A stretch of 34,673 nt of DNA from Gemmatimonadota bacterium. Lineage in GTDB: Bacteria > Gemmatimonadota > Gemmatimonadetes > Gemmatimonadales > Gemmatimonadaceae. Of the stretch, positions 25,959 through 33,926 are shown in pieces. Under the pieces are notes generated by a model. It saw only the letters and a program-made list of their open reading frames with translations. It was not told the DNA's origin and did no database searches. Location: contig JANMLN010000120.1 in the NCBI GenBank assembly GCA_031372565.1, forward strand, positions 1 to 34,673, given 5' to 3'. The position numbers and the translations under genes are program-made. Within the stretch, counting starts at the first letter, position 1; every line of letters starts with the position of its first letter.

Positions 25959-28900
25959 CTACGCGGTGAGCCACTGCAGGAGGTGCGCGTGCACGTCGGG
26001 ATTGGCCAGATACGCGACGTGTGAGATGCCCTGCGGCCCCGTGAGCGCAAGCGAGTCGGCAATGGGGAACATCGCCGCGCCGTTGCTGCCGGCGGTGCCG
26101 GCCGAGGGTACCACGAGGTCATGTCCGTCGCCAAAGAGCGAATTCAGTGACTTGTCGAGCACGAGGTTCAACAAGGCACCCGGGCTCGCGGTATAGTGGG
26201 AACTGACCGCGAAGTAGCGCGTGTCGGCTCCGGTCGTGCGCGGCCCCGCATTGAGTCCCGTGAGAAAGGTGCTGCCGTTCTGCATGGCCATGAGGCCATC
26301 GAGGCCCTTGGCGGCGCCCACGCCAACCGTCTTGACGGTGGTGATGATGCCGTCGAGCACCTCGGTGGTCGGCATCCCGGGCACGCAGCAGATCGCGGTC
26401 GAAAGCACATCCACCATGGTGCCCGCGCGGGTTGGATCAAACAGCGCACTCCCCGCATTGGGCGTGCCGAGCATGGCCACGCGGCGCACCATCACCGAGC
26501 GCGCACCCATGCCCAGTTCGGACTGTCGCTCCGCCAGTGCGCGTGCCACGAGGCCGCCGCGCGAGACGGCGAGCACGTCGAGCTCGAGCGCGATGTCGGC
26601 CGGGAGCCGTTTGACGAACTCGCGCGCGTTCTCGAGCGGATCCTGCGAGAGCGTGGTGTGGTCGAAGGCAAGGACGCGGCCGCCGTAGGCCGCGTCGAGA
26701 CTCGCCATCACGGTCGCTGGCAGCACGCCAAATGTGCCGGCGGCTCGGCCGAACGGCTGGTGGAGCAGGAGCAGTGCGCGTCCCTGCCGCATGCGCGCCC
26801 AGTCGTCGGTGGTCATCTCGGCGTCGCGGATGGCGTCCGGACTCGCCGCCCGCACGGGCCGAAGCGCATAGGGGCGGTACCGCGATTCCCACTGGAACGA
26901 GAGGTAGGTGCCCGCAGCGCTCAAGATCGGGTTCACGAACGGTGCAAGCAACACGGAGGCCGCCTTGAGCACGGCGCCCGTGACGCTCACGCCGCGCGTG
27001 CCGGCCTCGGTGGCCGGGCCCGTCGTGTTGGCGGCGCCGACGGGGAGCACGAAGCGCTGCATCGTGGGAGGCGCTCCGCTGGCGTCGCGTGTTGCGGCCT
27101 CTGCGGTCGGCAGGTGCCATCGCACGCCGCCGAGCGAATCGGTGGTGACGACGATCTGCATCATGTCGCGCGGTGGCGCCGGAAGGTCGATCGACACGCT
27201 GGCCGAGCCCTGCGTGTCGCGTGTGGCGCTCGTGGCCTGCAGCTGATCCAGCGTGATCGTCTTGGCGACGGTGATGCCCTGATCCGTGAGCGCGCGGAAG
27301 AGCGGCGCGTTCGCGCCACTCGTGGCTGAGGCGCCGTCGGTGATCGTGGCGACCCCGGTCGCGCCCTCCGTGCTGACGGTGGCACCGGAGAGAATCGCCG
27401 GCGCGCCGCTCAGCGCGGCCGAACGCTTGCGTCGGATCGTGAACGACCGATCCACCGTGGTCCAGTCGCCGAGTGCGGCGATCGGCGTCTCACTCTCGGG
27501 TTCTCGCGTGGCCGGCGCCTTGATGGCGGTTTCGAACAGCAGCTGCAACGCCGACATGCCCGCGATGGCGCGCACGCCTGCGGTCTTGAGGAAGTCGAAC
27601 GACGTCTCGGCTGTCGTGGCGTAGAGGCGGATCGTTTCCGTTCCCTCGGACTGCACGACCCCCGGTCCCTCCAACTTGAACGGAAATGCATCCGGGAGCT
27701 TGAAGCGCTGCCGTTCGCCGGGCTTGGTCAGGACGTCCACCGTCTTGCCTGCAGCGAGACGCTCCTGGGCGCCCTCCTCGGACGGCCAGAGCCGCGAAAT
27801 CGAACCGCCGACGCCGAAGTCGAGCAGGTTGACCCACAGGTCCGCGGTGTGGTTGTTCGTCAGCCGCACGCCCACGAACTCGCCGCGATCCTCGATGACA
27901 ATCGCACCGCCGTCCTCTGGGCGCGGCGTCGCCACTTCCCACGACGTGTCCGATGTCGAGCGCAGCAGCTCCATCGTCACCTTGCCTGCCAGCGCCGATG
28001 TCCGATCCGGATTGCGCAGCTCCATCGCGAGCCGATAGCGTGCGCGACTCGCAAGATTGTCGGCCACGGCGCGCCACTCGGACTCGCGCTTTGGCGGGAG
28101 CGCCACCTGCCCGCTGCTGCCTGTCACGATCCACGTCGGGTCGGCGAGCGCGCCGAGTTCGGCGCCGACGTCGCTCGGAGCAGCCAAGGCGCGCGCCGGA
28201 GCGAGCTGCACGCGCAGCGTCCACGCTTCGTCGTCCTGCACCACGCGCACCAGCGGCGACTCGTCCAGTGCGGTGCGGAGCTTCGAGGCGGTCTCGCTCG
28301 CGCTCGGCACCAGCTGGACCGCGAGTCGCTGGTCGCCGGCCGCGTAGCGCGTGAGCACCGCGCGCGCGCTCGCGGCGATCGCGTTGGGTGTTACCTCGCT
28401 GACGACCTTCGCCTGGCTGGTGAATGCGCTGACGCTCGTGACCTCCAGTTCGCCGATCGGCGTGGCCCCTTCGGTCGTGCTCGTGCCGGCCGCATACACG
28501 GCGTATCGCGAGCCGACCGTGGTGCCGAGCGCGGCGCCGGCGGCCAGCGTGGCCTCGACTGCCCCCTCGTCGCGCACCGACACCACGACGTACGCCATCG
28601 GGCGCACGTCCTCGGTGCCGAACAGCTTCCGATCAATCGTCCCCTCGATCTGCGGATGCTGCTTGCCCTCGCGAAACGCCACGACCTGCGCCGCGGCCCG
28701 TTCGAACAGGTCCCGGTAGGTGACCGGACCGCTCGCCTCGGCGAGCGCCTGGGTGAGGTAGTAGGTGAGCGCACCGTGATGGGCCGGCGTGGCCGTGGGA
28801 ATGATCAACTCGCCCGAGAGTTCGTCGTGTCGGCAGCCCGCGATGAGCACATAGCGGCTGCCCAGCGGCAGCCAGCCGCTCGGCCCGATGACCGCGGCAG

Positions 28901-29459
28901 GGCCGCGCGCGGCGGCGGGCGTTGGGGACTTGGGCAACTGCTCCACGGGGCGCGGATCGTCCGGCACACCGCGCGTGCCCACCAGCGTCGGGTCGACGTC
29001 GCGCGTGATGTTGCCCGAGTGGCACGCGTCCACGATGAGCGTGATGTGTTCGGTCTTGGTGCCGAGCGCCACGAGCCAGGCGTGGATCTCGTCGTCGGTG
29101 ATGTCGATGCTACCCTCGCCGCTGCCGTCGTGCGCGGTCCCGTCCACCGGCACCAGCGTGCAATCCCAGCCGCTCGGCTTGTCGCCCTCGCGGTCACGGA
29201 TGCGCGAGCCGTGACCGGCGTAGTAGAACGCCACGATGTCGCCGGGCTGGGTGGACGCCTCGAAGGTGGCGAGCGCTCCGAGGATGCCGTCGCGCGTGGC
29301 GGCTTCGTCGAGCAGCGTGGTGAAGACGGTAAAGTCGAACTTGGATCGGAGCAGGTCCTGCATCACCTGCACGTCGTTCGTGCAGCCCTCGAGTTCCTTG
29401 ACGCGCTGGTACTTGTTGATGCCGATCAGAAGCGCACGCTTGGTGGGTATGGCGGACAT
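25959..29459 (-). CDS. Caspase-like peptidase C14 + DUF4384-like domain + C-terminal alpha/beta-hydrolase fusion (1166 aa)
   Basis: KRALLIGINKY, LEGCTNDV, catalytic FYYAGHGS and IVDACHSG, HGALTYYL, QHPQIEG; middle VRLTNN..DLWVNLLDFG..GSISRLWP..GTETIRLYAT; hydrolase FDHTTLS.DPLENA, AVSRGGLVAR, LGTPNAGS, DLVVP, SHVAYL. ATG at 29459. Confidence 0.88.
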   Translation of the reverse strand: MSAIPTKRALLIGINKYQRVKELEGCTNDVQVMQDLLRSKFDFTVFTTLLDEAATRDGILGALATFEASTQPGDIVAFYYAGHGSRIRDREGDKPSGWDCTLVPVDGTAHDGSGEGSIDITDDEIHAWLVALGTKTEHITLIVDACHSGNITRDVDPTLVGTRGVPDDPRPVEQLPKSPTPAAARGPAAVIGPSGWLPLGSRYVLIAGCRHDELSGELIIPTATPAHHGALTYYLTQALAEASGPVTYRDLFERAAAQVVAFREGKQHPQIEGTIDRKLFGTEDVRPMAYVVVSVRDEGAVEATLAAGAALGTTVGSRYAVYAAGTSTTEGATPIGELEVTSVSAFTSQAKVVSEVTPNAIAASARAVLTRYAAGDQRLAVQLVPSASETASKLRTALDESPLVRVVQDDEAWTLRVQLAPARALAAPSDVGAELGALADPTWIVTGSSGQVALPPKRESEWRAVADNLASRARYRLAMELRNPDRTSALAGKVTMELLRSTSDTSWEVATPRPEDGGAIVIEDRGEFVGVRLTNNHTADLWVNLLDFGVGGSISRLWPSEEGAQERLAAGKTVDVLTKPGERQRFKLPDAFPFKLEGPGVVQSEGTETIRLYATTAETSFDFLKTAGVRAIAGMSALQLLFETAIKAPATREPESETPIAALGDWTTVDRSFTIRRKRSAALSGAPAILSGATVSTEGATGVATITDGASATSGANAPLFRALTDQGITVAKTITLDQLQATSATRDTQGSASVSIDLPAPPRDMMQIVVTTDSLGGVRWHLPTAEAATRDASGAPPTMQRFVLPVGAANTTGPATEAGTRGVSVTGAVLKAASVLLAPFVNPILSAAGTYLSFQWESRYRPYALRPVRAASPDAIRDAEMTTDDWARMRQGRALLLLHQPFGRAAGTFGVLPATVMASLDAAYGGRVLAFDHTTLSQDPLENAREFVKRLPADIALELDVLAVSRGGLVARALAERQSELGMGARSVMVRRVAMLGTPNAGSALFDPTRAGTMVDVLSTAICCVPGMPTTEVLDGIITTVKTVGVGAAKGLDGLMAMQNGSTFLTGLNAGPRTTGADTRYFAVSSHYTASPGALLNLVLDKSLNSLFGDGHDLVVPSAGTAGSNGAAMFPIADSLALTGPQGISHVAYLANPDVHAHLLQWLTA

Positions 29460-29490
29460 GACGTGGAGGGGAGGGGCGGGGGGAGAACGA

Positions 29491-29540
29491 TCACCGTGTG
29501 AACGAGCGTGGCGCTCAGCCCCGCTCGCTCCCACGTGTGA
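29491..29540 (-). other. Intergenic stem-loop between the peptide gene and the caspase gene
   Basis: Minus strand TCAC-a-CGTG-g-GAGCGAGCG-g-GGC-[TGAGC]-GCC-a-CGCTCGTTC-a-CACG-GTGA gives about 20 paired bases. No U-tract follows. Confidence 0.6.
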
Positions 29541-29565
29541 CTTCAACGTGCGGTGCGCGCCGTGC

Positions 29566-29721
29566 TCAGCCGCGACCGCCGCCCCCCGACGAGGGCTTCG
29601 CGCCGGGATCACGGTCGCCACCCTTGACGGGCTTCGGTGCCGGGTCGCGGTCACCGCCGCGCGTGGGCTTGGGCGCCGGGTCGCGGTCGCCGGCCTTGAC
29701 GGGCTTGGGGGTCGGGTTCAT
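29566..29721 (-). CDS. 51-aa repeat peptide MNPTPKPVKAGDRDPAPKPTRGGDRDPAPKPVKGGDRDPGAKPSSGGGGRG
   Basis: ATG 4 nt after the kinase stop, with GGAG 7 nt upstream. Three 12-aa (36-bp) repeats in which GDRDP is invariant while its codons differ synonymously (ggc/ggt, cgc/cgt, gac/gat, ccg/ccc). Confidence 0.75.
   Translation of the reverse strand: MNPTPKPVKAGDRDPAPKPTRGGDRDPAPKPVKGGDRDPGAKPSSGGGGRG
29593..29706. repeat. 36-bp tandem repeat, about 3.2 copies, encoding the GDRDP peptide
   Basis: GGGCTT recurs at 29593, 29629, 29665 and 29701 with similar sequence between. Confidence 0.9.
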
Positions 29722-29725
29722 GGGA

Positions 29726-32647
29726 TCACTCCGAAAGAAGGGTGGGGTCACGCACGATGGCGCCGCCGCGAAGCGCGACAGCGCGGGGAGAAGCCAGTGC
29801 GGCAAGCCGGCGCCGGAATGCTGCGGCGCCGCGCGTGTCACCGATAGCATCCGCAATCTCGGCGCGCAGCGCAAGAGACGGACGCAGATAGAACAGGAAC
29901 GACACGGGCGTCGGTCCGTCCAGCCCGTTGGCCACCACCTGTGCGGCGGCCGCTTCGCGATGTCGCAGCAGCAATCGTGCATACAGCAGTCGCTCCGCCG
30001 CCAAGGCGCCGCCCGGATCCCACGCCAACTGTGGGCTCGGAGGGAGCGGCGTGCTCAGGAGCGCCGCCAGTTGCGCTCGCGCCTTGGCCGTGTCGCCCTG
30101 AGCAAGCGTGGCGTGCGCCGCGGTGGCCTGCGCAAAGAGCGCCGTGGCCCTGCTCGTGTCCGTCGCAGCGCGCTTGGCCAGCGCCGCGGCGATCGCGATG
30201 GTGGCGTCGGGGCGCCCGTGCGTCGCGCCGTACAGCGCGAGGATCCAGCAGCGCTCCGCGGTGGAGCAGCGGGCGTAGTCGTCGCCAAAGCGGCGCTGGT
30301 CGCTCACGGCAACATCACGTGCGACCGAGTCGAGCGCCGGTGTCACCGTGGCACCCAGCAACAGGAGTGATGCACCGCCGTCGCCCCGAGTCATGGACCG
30401 GGCGATGTACTTCGGGATGTCGCCTGAGCGATCCTGCGCCATCAGCACGGCGACGAGACCCATCAGGGCGCTCTCGCGTTCAGGGCCCGCCCCCGCACGC
30501 CCCGCGACGGTATCGAGTTCGGTCACGGCCTCGAACGCCGCAGCCGCACAGGCGAGGTTCGCGCCGCGCCCGCCGAGCACCATCGCCGCCGAGAGGGTCG
30601 CGAACGGATCCGTACGCTCCGCCTTGGCCCAGTTCATGCGCGCGGCACCGTCCCGCACGCAGGCGGTGGCGAAGGTGAGGTGCGAGGCGAGGACCGAGTC
30701 CGGCACCGCCGCGAGCATGCGATCGACGAGTGGCGCGGCGCCCACGGCGTCGCCGCGGCGCAGGCGAATCTCGATCGGGTGCAGCAGCCCGTGGACCGCC
30801 GATGGATCGAGCGCACGGGCGCGCGCGAACGCGACATCGGCCACGCTGTCCGCGTCTCCCGCCGACGTCACGAGATGGATGTGCGTTTCGCCGAGCTGCA
30901 TCCATGCCGCCGCGAACTCCGGATCGAGCGCGACCGCGCGTTGCAACTCGGCACTTGCGGAGTCGGCCGACCCGTTCAGATACGCGGCATAGCCGCGCGC
31001 GTAGTGCGCATACTGCGCCGGCATCGGCTTGCCAATCGCGGCGCGTACCAGCGTCTGGGCTTCGGAGGGGCGGTGATCCCAGCTGGCGGCCTGCGCGCCG
31101 CGCAGCGCCGCGAGTGCGAAGAGCGAGTCTGACCGGACCGCCTCGCGATACAGCTCGAGCGCGCGCGCTGGCTGCGCACGGCGGAACGCCGCTTCGGCCG
31201 CGAGGAAGCTGGCGACCGCCGAGGGATCTCGATCGCGCCAGGCGGCTGCCAGGTCCTTCGATTCGCCCCCCGGTACGAGGCGCGGCAGCAGCTCGTTGAC
31301 CGCGCGCAGGCCCGCACGCCAGAGGTCGTTCGGTACACCGCTCGCGCGCGGGCGCAGCACGACGCTGTCGCTCCCGACATCGACCAGTTCGAGGAGCACG
31401 TCGGCGGAATCGCCGCGCAGGACGACCCGCCCGGTGACGTAATAGCCGGCCCGCTGCTCGATCGCGATCCGGCGCGCGAGGGCAGGGTCGAGTCGCGCAC
31501 CGCCGGCGCGCTGCAGCTCGGGTGGCATCAGCCGCCAGCCATCGATCCAGCGCAGCGCGCCGCGCTTGTCGAGCGCGCTGCCGATCATGGTCGCCACGTC
31601 CTCGCCAGCGCCCGTGCTGCCGCCCACGGAACCGGGTGCTTCGAGGGGGAATCCGACGATGCGATTGCGATCGAGACCCGAGGCGCTGGCCGTGCCTTGC
31701 CGCAGCACGAGTGCGATGACGCCGAGTGTGACCACGGCAAGGCCGCCCGCGACGAGTCGTCGCGCCGTGCGCGTCGGCGGCACCACGGGCACGGACGAGG
31801 AGATCGTGCCGGGGGTGCGCTCCGCCTCCCGCAGCGCATCCCGCAGCGCGCCCGCCGTGGGGAAGCGATCGGCCGGTGTCTTTGCCAGCGCACGTTCGAT
31901 GACCGCCGCGAGCGCCGGCCCGACCGACGGGCGCACGGTACGGATGCTCGGTACAGGGTCGACCGCGTGGCGCGCACGAATCGCCTGCGTCGTGGGTCCG
32001 GTGAACGGTGGGCCGCCGACGAGCATTTCGTAGAGCACGCACGCGAGCGAGTAGATGTCGCTCCGTCCGTCGAGGCGGTCGGCCGACGCCTGTTCGGGGC
32101 TCATGTACGACGCCGTGCCCACGGTCACGCCCGTGGCGGTCAGCGATTCGTCGTTCTCGGCGTCCGTGGCGCGCGCCACGCCGAAGTCGGCGAGCACGGC
32201 GCGACCATGATCCAGGAGGATGTTGCTCGGCTTGACGTCACGGTGCACGAAGCCGGCCGCGTGTGCATGGTCGAGGGCATCCGCCACTTCGCAGGCGAAC
32301 TGCACGGCCTGCGGCACGCTCAACTGTCGTTCGCGCACGAGCAGGTGCTGCAGCGTGTCGCCTGCCACGACCGGCATCGTGAAGTACGGCACGCCGTGGA
32401 ACTCGCCCGTGTCGAGCACGGGAAGGATGCCGGGGTGCGTAAGCCCGGAGACAATGCGGATTTCGCGCGTGAAGCGAGCGAGCCCGACCCGGGCGGCGAG
32501 CTCCGGCTGGAGGAGCTTCAGGGCAACGTCCTGACCCGTGGTACTGTCGCGTGCGAGGTACACCGTGGCCATGCCACCGCGACCGAGCTCGCGCTCAAGG
32601 CGATACCGGCCCCCCACGAGCTCATCCATTGGCAGGACGACGTCCAT
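29726..32647 (-). CDS. Hanks-type Ser/Thr protein kinase + TM + TPR-like helical repeats (about 973 aa)
   Basis: LGRGGMATVY, VALK, HRDVKPSN, DFG, GTASYMSPEQ, SDIYSL; TM LVAGGLAVVTLGVIALVL; TPR-like segments (ELQRAVALDPEFAAAWMQLG). ATG at 32647 (or 32629). Confidence 0.92.
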   Translation of the reverse strand: MDVVLPMDELVGGRYRLERELGRGGMATVYLARDSTTGQDVALKLLQPELAARVGLARFTREIRIVSGLTHPGILPVLDTGEFHGVPYFTMPVVAGDTLQHLLVRERQLSVPQAVQFACEVADALDHAHAAGFVHRDVKPSNILLDHGRAVLADFGVARATDAENDESLTATGVTVGTASYMSPEQASADRLDGRSDIYSLACVLYEMLVGGPPFTGPTTQAIRARHAVDPVPSIRTVRPSVGPALAAVIERALAKTPADRFPTAGALRDALREAERTPGTISSSVPVVPPTRTARRLVAGGLAVVTLGVIALVLRQGTASASGLDRNRIVGFPLEAPGSVGGSTGAGEDVATMIGSALDKRGALRWIDGWRLMPPELQRAGGARLDPALARRIAIEQRAGYYVTGRVVLRGDSADVLLELVDVGSDSVVLRPRASGVPNDLWRAGLRAVNELLPRLVPGGESKDLAAAWRDRDPSAVASFLAAEAAFRRAQPARALELYREAVRSDSLFALAALRGAQAASWDHRPSEAQTLVRAAIGKPMPAQYAHYARGYAAYLNGSADSASAELQRAVALDPEFAAAWMQLGETHIHLVTSAGDADSVADVAFARARALDPSAVHGLLHPIEIRLRRGDAVGAAPLVDRMLAAVPDSVLASHLTFATACVRDGAARMNWAKAERTDPFATLSAAMVLGGRGANLACAAAAFEAVTELDTVAGRAGAGPERESALMGLVAVLMAQDRSGDIPKYIARSMTRGDGGASLLLLGATVTPALDSVARDVAVSDQRRFGDDYARCSTAERCWILALYGATHGRPDATIAIAAALAKRAATDTSRATALFAQATAAHATLAQGDTAKARAQLAALLSTPLPPSPQLAWDPGGALAAERLLYARLLLRHREAAAAQVVANGLDGPTPVSFLFYLRPSLALRAEIADAIGDTRGAAAFRRRLAALASPRAVALRGGAIVRDPTLLSE

Positions 32648-32875
32648 CCCTTCCCGAACCAGGGTTTGGCCCCGAGTCGAGCACGTCGCGCGCACCCGGC
32701 GGGGCGCGCAGACTCCCGGGATGTGGTGCGTCGGCCCCTCCGTGGGCCGTAGCCTTGGAAAAATAGGGCTGGTGGCAGGGGGCCGCTAGGCAAATACCGC
32801 GCTCGCGGGGTATTCATCGGCGCGCACGCACGCTCGGTGCTTACTTGCAGCATCCCCAAGCGGAGTTCACCGCTC

Positions 32876-33847
32876 ATGCGATCGCTTCTCCGTGCGTCCG
32901 TGCTCGTGCTCTCCACGCTGGCCGCCGAACGCGTCGGGGCGCAGCCGCCATCGGCGAGCGCGGCGACCGGCGCCACCACCGCCAATCAGCCCTCCGCCGC
33001 CGACCTGCAGCGTGCGGCCGCCCTGTTCAACGCGAGCGACTGGACAGCCGCGCACGCCGCGTACGCCGCGCTCGCGGCGCGCTTTCCGGCGCACCCGCAG
33101 TCCCGCTTCCGCACCGGGGTCACGCTCACGGAGCTCGGGCGAGCGCGAGAGGCGGAGCCTCTCCTGCGTCAGGGGGAACAGCTCGGCATTCCAGCCGGAC
33201 AGGCGGCCTATCGGTTGGCCGAGTCGTTGGCCGAGCAGCAGAAGGGCGACGCCGCGCTCCTCGAGCTCGAGCGCGCCCTCCGCGGCGGCGTCGTGTTCCC
33301 GTCGCAAACGCTCATCGCCAACGTCCATCTGGCGTCGCTCAAGCAGCACCCGCGCTGGCCCGCCGTGCTGCTGGCGTTCGACGCCGTCACGCAGCCGTGC
33401 CAGGCGGACCCCCGCTTCCGGCAGTTCGACTTCTGGGTCGGCGACTGGGAGGTGCGCGGCACCGGAGCGCCTGCTGGGTCCCCCGCCTCGCGCAACCGCA
33501 TCACCCTCGAGGAAAACGGCTGTGTGGTGCAGGAGCATTGGGAGGGCCAGAGTGGTTCCACGGGACAGAGCTTCAACCTGTTTGACCGCAGCATCGGCAA
33601 GTGGCGGCAGACCTGGGTGGACAACGGCGGCGGCCAGCATGACTACGTCGGCGAACTCAAGGATGGTCACATGGTCTTCGAAGGGACGACGCCGGCGCCG
33701 CGGGGCGCACTCGGCCGCATCCCGACCAGGCTCACGCTGTTTCACCTCCACGCCGACACCGTGCGGCAGTTCGCGCAGGTGAGCAACGACGGCGGCACGA
33801 CGTGGACGACGTCGTACGATCTCACGTACGTGCGACGGAAGCCGTGA
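32876..33847 (+). CDS. Secreted protein: signal peptide, TPR repeats and a C-terminal beta-rich domain (DUF1579-like)
   Basis: GGAG upstream of ATG 32876; signal-like MRSLLRASVLVLSTLAAERVGA-Q; TPR-like helices; FRQFDFWVGDWEV, WRQTWVDN, SNDGGTTW. Confidence 0.8.
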   Translation: MRSLLRASVLVLSTLAAERVGAQPPSASAATGATTANQPSAADLQRAAALFNASDWTAAHAAYAALAARFPAHPQSRFRTGVTLTELGRAREAEPLLRQGEQLGIPAGQAAYRLAESLAEQQKGDAALLELERALRGGVVFPSQTLIANVHLASLKQHPRWPAVLLAFDAVTQPCQADPRFRQFDFWVGDWEVRGTGAPAGSPASRNRITLEENGCVVQEHWEGQSGSTGQSFNLFDRSIGKWRQTWVDNGGGQHDYVGELKDGHMVFEGTTPAPRGALGRIPTRLTLFHLHADTVRQFAQVSNDGGTTWTTSYDLTYVRRKP

Positions 33848-33926
33848 CCCGACACGCGGCGCGTCGCCAGCACAGGGCGTAGCTGCCACCCTTCACCGTT
33901 CGTCAGCCTCGCGCCCGCCACCGACC

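Noticed and set aside
20928..29501. Long plus-strand ORFs (20928-22592, 23975-25969, 27849-29501)
   Set aside because: Antisense shadows of the STAND, CHAT and caspase genes; no motifs.
29593..29706. 36-bp periodic repeat as a CRISPR array
   Set aside because: The units are contiguous with no unique spacers, and variation falls at synonymous codon positions, so it is a coding repeat.
29566..29721. Peptide as an amyloid signalling motif of NLR-associated type
   Set aside because: It is Pro- and charge-rich, lacks the hydrophobic/Asn/Gln pattern of amyloid motifs, and the STAND N-terminus has no matching motif.
29460..29982. Upstream extensions of the caspase ORF (to 29654) and of the peptide ORF (to 29982)
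   Set aside because: They overlap the peptide gene or the kinase 3' end. The caspase fold begins at MSAIPTKRALLIG (29459) and the peptide has its own SD and ATG at 29721.
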